Shown here in pieces: positions 47,404 through 51,991 of a DNA stretch of 51,991 nucleotides. Position 1 is the first letter of the stretch. Every line of letters starts with the position of its first letter. This DNA comes from Paraphysomonas bandaiensis (lineage: Eukaryota > Protista > Chrysophyceae): contig CBFFRP010000643.1 in assembly GCA_965644295.1 (NCBI GenBank), positions 1-51,991 on the forward strand, in the 5' to 3' direction. The position numbers were made by a program, and so were the translations under genes. The notes below the pieces were generated by a model that had not been told where the DNA came from, ran no database searches, and saw only the letters and a program-made list of their open reading frames with translations.

Positions 47404-48467
47404 ATGGCATCACCACTTGTATCAATTGATACACAACATGAAGATATGATTCATGATTCACAATTTGATTATTATTCAAAGCGTTTAGCAACATGTTCAT
47501 CTGATCGTACTATTAAAATATTTGATGTTACAGGTGATATGTATCATAATTCAGCTGTTATCAGAGGACATGATGGACCTGTATGGCAAGTTGCATGGGC
47601 TCATCCTAAATTTGGTGTGATATTAGCATCATGTTCATATGATGGCTCTGTGATTATTCATCGTGAAGTTACGTCTAATAATTGGAGTAAAGTTTATCAA
47701 CATAAATTTCATGAATCATCTGTTAATTCTATCTCTTGGGCACCTCATGAATATGGTCTTATTCTTGCTTGTGCTTCCTCTGATGGTCGTGTGTCAATTT
47801 TAGAACATAAAGATGATAACTGGTGTGATGTTGCATTCTTCTTCGTTATGTTTTAATAAGAATTATAGGACATGTTCTGCTATTCAGAATGACAGCCTTG
47901 GCTGTAATTCCGTGTCATGGGCCCCTTTCAGCGCTTTGGGGTCATTACTGGAAAATGGGCGTTCTATAAAGAGACTTGTCACAGGATCTTGTGACAACAT
48001 GGTTCGCATTTGGCGCCAGCAGGAGCAGGGTGCTAGCTGGGAGGAAGAACGCACAACCTTGATGCATACCGGTAAGCTGATAAAAGTAGATGTTAAGAAA
48101 TGTTTTAGGTGTTGTCTATTCCAATGAATAGTACTGCGTGATTGATGTTTACCGTTTCACTTGTTGATCTACAGATTGGGTCCGCGATGTCGCATGGGCT
48201 CCGAATACGGGCATGCCCTTCAACATTATTGCAAGCTGTTCTGAAGATCGTACTGTGGTCATATGGAAGCAGACCGACAAGGATGGCCCGTGGGTGCCAT
48301 CTCTCATGAAGAGCTTTGACTCACCTGTGTGGAGGGTCAGTTGGTCTATCACCGGCAATGTTCTGGTGGTCTCCACGGGAGACCATAACGTCACTCTTTG
48401 GAAACAGTCAGTGGATGAAACGTGGGTACAAGTCACAACAATCGACGACGGTGCTGATGGTATGTAG
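47404..48467 (+). CDS. SEC13: Protein transport protein SEC13 (3 exons)
   Basis: [29 protein letters not shown]; [17 protein letters not shown]; [23 protein letters not shown]; [13 protein letters not shown]. Confidence 0.97.
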
Positions 48468-49063
48468 AGCGTTATAATGATGGCTCAGCAGGTATTAGAT
48501 CGAGGACTCACCTGTGCTGTCAATGTTGGTTCTGTTTCGTAAGGCACTAGCATGTATTAATAATAATTCTTGTCGTCAATCTTGACTCATGGATTGTATA
48601 GAGACTTTTCATATACTCTAGTCATACGAAACCATATAGAAAAGATGCCGCTCTTCATATATATTAAAACTATCTCGAAATTCGATGATACGTCAGAAAC
48701 TGTCCACTGCTTCCGACAATCAATTCTTAGAACTGAAGCAATTTAGATACCCCCAATTAGATATCATTTTTAATATTACTTCGTTTGAATTCCAGTGCAG
48801 CCATATAGCTGATTCATTCCAGTTAACTTGGATAGTGATAGCCTGCGTTTGGTGATATAGAGTGCAAGTAACTATCCAATCCTAATTATCGTCTCGCATT
48901 AGTGATAATTATTTAAATGTTCACATTTCTGTTTGTTAGCAATTAAAAGCTGCATTTTAAAGTATTTGAATTATGGTCATTACTTGAAGAATAGAGTACT
49001 GGTAAGCAGCATGACCATTACATGATCATAGTTCGACATCTAACAAGTAAATAAAATTAAGAA

Positions 49064-49673
49064 CACCATCGAAACAATAACGCCAAAACCTATACATAAC
49101 TAGTGCGTAAATGAGCATGCCTTTACATATTTCATGTATCATAACAACATATCATTGAGGGTGCATATGTGTGGTCAGACAAATTAGAATCAGCGGAAGG
49201 GTTTTTCTTCATCGAATAACTCAAGTGAAAGAAGACTTTTTTGACATCACTCTCACACATTACACGTATATCATATACAGCCATGTAGCTGATGCAATCA
49301 GCTTAAACACTTACATCACAAATACTCCGACGCGAAGAGATCGTAATAAGATTTGGTGAATACCCTCACACCATCGAAACAATAACGCCAAAACCTAGAC
49401 ATAACAAGTGCGTAAATGAGCATGCCTTTACATATTTCATGTATCATAACAACATATCATTGAGGGTGCATATGTGTGGTCAGACAAATTAGAATCAGCG
49501 GAAGGGTTTTTCTTCATCGAATAACTCAAGTGAAAGAAGACTTTTTTGACATCACTCTCACACATTACACGTATATCATATACAGCCATGTAGCTGATGC
49601 AATCAGCTTAAACACTTACATCACAAATACTCCGACGCGAAGAGATCGTAATAAGATTTGGTGAATATCCTCA
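49064..49673 (+). repeat. Tandem duplication, 2 x 305 bp
   Basis: 49064-49368 vs 49369-49673; 3 substitutions seen. Confidence 0.95.
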
Positions 49674-49909
49674 GTTGAACTGCAAGGTATTGACTTGGTG
49701 AATTGAGAATAATGATTAGAGATTACAGATATAACATGTCGATACATTGTAGTTAGTGTGTGGATATGCATGTATGTGATATGATATCCATTCATTCAAT
49801 ATACGTCGTGCGTATGCAATAGAGAAACTACGGAAGCGAAGTTTATACTTCAACTCTTTCCCTTAAACTAAGCGTACGTTCTGAATGATATGGAAATGCA
49901 TGTCTATAC

Positions 49910-51550
49910 TTAGTACACAATAATATCACAACACACACAAGCACCAGCAAGGAGAAATGCAGCGCCGGACTGAGAACGTCGAGTATCTACATCATAATTT
50001 GCCCTATTTGCGTCAGAAAAAGCCTGGAGCGTAGGTGGATTGTTGGATTGACGCCTGTAGGTCAGCTGAAGATCCGCTGAACCTTTCAAATATTTCATTA
50101 TCTGTACCACAGCATTCCAGTGTTCCCTGCCGGGGTTAGACAGAAAACGTGCACAACATCCAACGGCAAAAGCAATATCAGGGCGAGTGCACACCATAAC
50201 ATACATTAATTTTCCAACCACTGTGCGATAAGAGATATTCTCCATATAGGTTTTCTCCTCGTCCGTGCTTGGAGACATCGAGGCAGATAATTTAACATGG
50301 TTGGCCATAGGCACTGGAGATGTTGAGGTGATCGGGTGGATCGGATCCACATATTCGATTAAGTCCTTGATGTATTGACACTGAGAGAGTTGGACTGTGT
50401 GTCGATCTTTCGATGTGTGAATACGGATCCCAAGAAACCACTCGAGGGGACCTAAATCGTTAGTACGAAATTTTTGGTGTAATAACACGCAAAACTTATT
50501 CAATAGGCTAATGCTGGATGCAGCAATGGCAATATCATCAACATATACGCATATAATGACGAATCCATCATCAGATTGGTGATAAAATACACACGTATCT
50601 GAGGTACATTGTGTAAATGATATGGATAATAAGAATGCAGTCATCATGTTATGAAATAGTCTACTAGCCTGTTTAAGACCATAGAGTGACTTTAGCAGTT
50701 TATAACACTTGCCTCGTGGGAGTCTGCTACCTGGGGGTGCTGACATGTAGCAATCATAGTCAATGTCAGACTGTGGAAAAGCCTTTGGCACATCCAAATG
50801 ATGAACATATAGTCCATAATGAGCGCATAATGCAAGTACAATGCGTAATGTCGAATGTCGAACTACAGGGGAGAATGTCTCATCATAATCGACACCATGG
50901 ATTTGCGTGTAACCCTTGACTACGAGTCTTGCTCGATAACGCACTATGTTGCCATCTTTGTCAGTTTTCTTCTTGAAAACCCACTTTGATCGCATTAAGT
51001 TTGCATCAGGAGGGATATCAACGACTTTCCATGTTCCCTGCGCCTGGAGTCCAGTTAACTCCTCTTGCATAGCTTCCTCCCATTTAGCATTATCTGCACT
51101 CCGTTGGGCAGCAGCATAGGATAGAGGAGCATCAAATACAGCAAAAACATTATAACTGTTGTCACTAACAGGAGCTGAATGAACCATAATCGTGGGCTCG
51201 TATGCTGTAGTTACTAGAGCTAGATGGAACAGTAGTCGCTCGACTGGCTTGCGTGATCGCGTCGATCGGCGCACAATAGGAGTGTGTGTGTCTCTTTCTC
51301 GTGGCTGCCGCGAAGTTGTACCCGTCGAGGTGAAGGAGCGACCTTCAGTCTGAGGGATCACATCGGGAGCCGGCTGTAACACGATTTCTGAAGTAGCTAA
51401 CCCGTCGGCTGCTTCAACAGATTTCTTGTCAAGCTCATGTATAACATCGGGTTTGTGACACTGTATGGAGGGATCATTCCCGTCGGTATCCTCCCCTGTA
51501 CAAGTTCATCATCGGATGCATCATGAATCCGCTCCCGTGCTTGGAAAGGT
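49910..51550 (-). mobile_element. Ty1/copia fragment (Copia-3): linker, RT, truncated RNase H
   Basis: SKWVFKKK..YRARLVVKGYTQIHGVDYDETFSPV, LKSLYGLKQAS, YVDD, TRPDIAFAV. The frame ends mid-RNase H. Different family from Copia-1/2. Confidence 0.93.
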
Positions 51551-51554
51551 TTAG

Positions 51555-51991
51555 AATCAGCATGGCATGGTCAACCCCCGACTATCGCCAATCTGCATGT
51601 ATATGGCATGGAATGTTATTATCACAACCTACATTTCTCGTCATCGCAAGGCGGTAACCCTGGCGAAATTGTTCGATTTGTGGGATATGTCCCATACTCA
51701 CGGTCCACGTATAAAGCGTATAGACCGAGCACAGGCACGATGGTCCTCGAGACTGCGGATGTTAGATTCATTCAGCATGCCTTTAAACTAGTGTCACCAT
51801 TCCAAGCACGGGAGCGGATTCATGATGCATCCGATGATGAACTTGTACAGGAGGAGGATACCGACGGGAATGATCCCTTCATACAGTCACAAACCCGATG
51901 TTATACATGAGCTCGACAAGAAATCTGTTGAAGCAGCCGACGGGTTAGCTACTTCAGAAATCGTGTTACAGCCGGCTCCCGATGAGATCCC
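51555..51991 (+). mobile_element. Second Copia-3-family fragment in inverted orientation (integrase SH3-like domain plus linker), running off the window
   Basis: GEIVRFVGYVPYSRSTYKAYRPSTGTMVLETADVRF; 51796-51991 is the near-perfect reverse complement of 51354-51550. Confidence 0.88.

Overview
Eukaryotic nuclear DNA with short GT-AG introns (about 35-120 nt). The gene and transposon style suggests a protist, plausibly a stramenopile; this is inference only. Housekeeping genes: cytoplasmic dynein intermediate chain, RPN3/PSMD3, membrane-anchored UMP-CMP kinase, CDC5L, a Cys-type GST and SEC13. Less ordinary genes: an intronless bacterial-type M23 peptidase, a helical-header plus acylphosphatase-like protein, a giant FYVE / Ala-Glu-Arg repeat / 2xPIH1 / PH protein, and a tandemly duplicated membrane protein. 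Mobile DNA: three Ty1/copia loci (one complete with identical TG...TA LTRs and a TSD, one decayed and interrupted, one fold-back inverted), several MITE-like inverted repeats, and three copies of a non-LTR retroelement 3' end carrying a covarying RNA structure. The most striking feature is a 30-copy, nearly perfect 145-bp satellite inside inverted repeats. Each unit carries a degenerate hammerhead-ribozyme-like core (CUGAUGA-N4-GAAA with a correctly placed helix III), making it a retrozyme-like candidate that needs testing. All analysis was by eye; exon boundaries are approximate unless stated.
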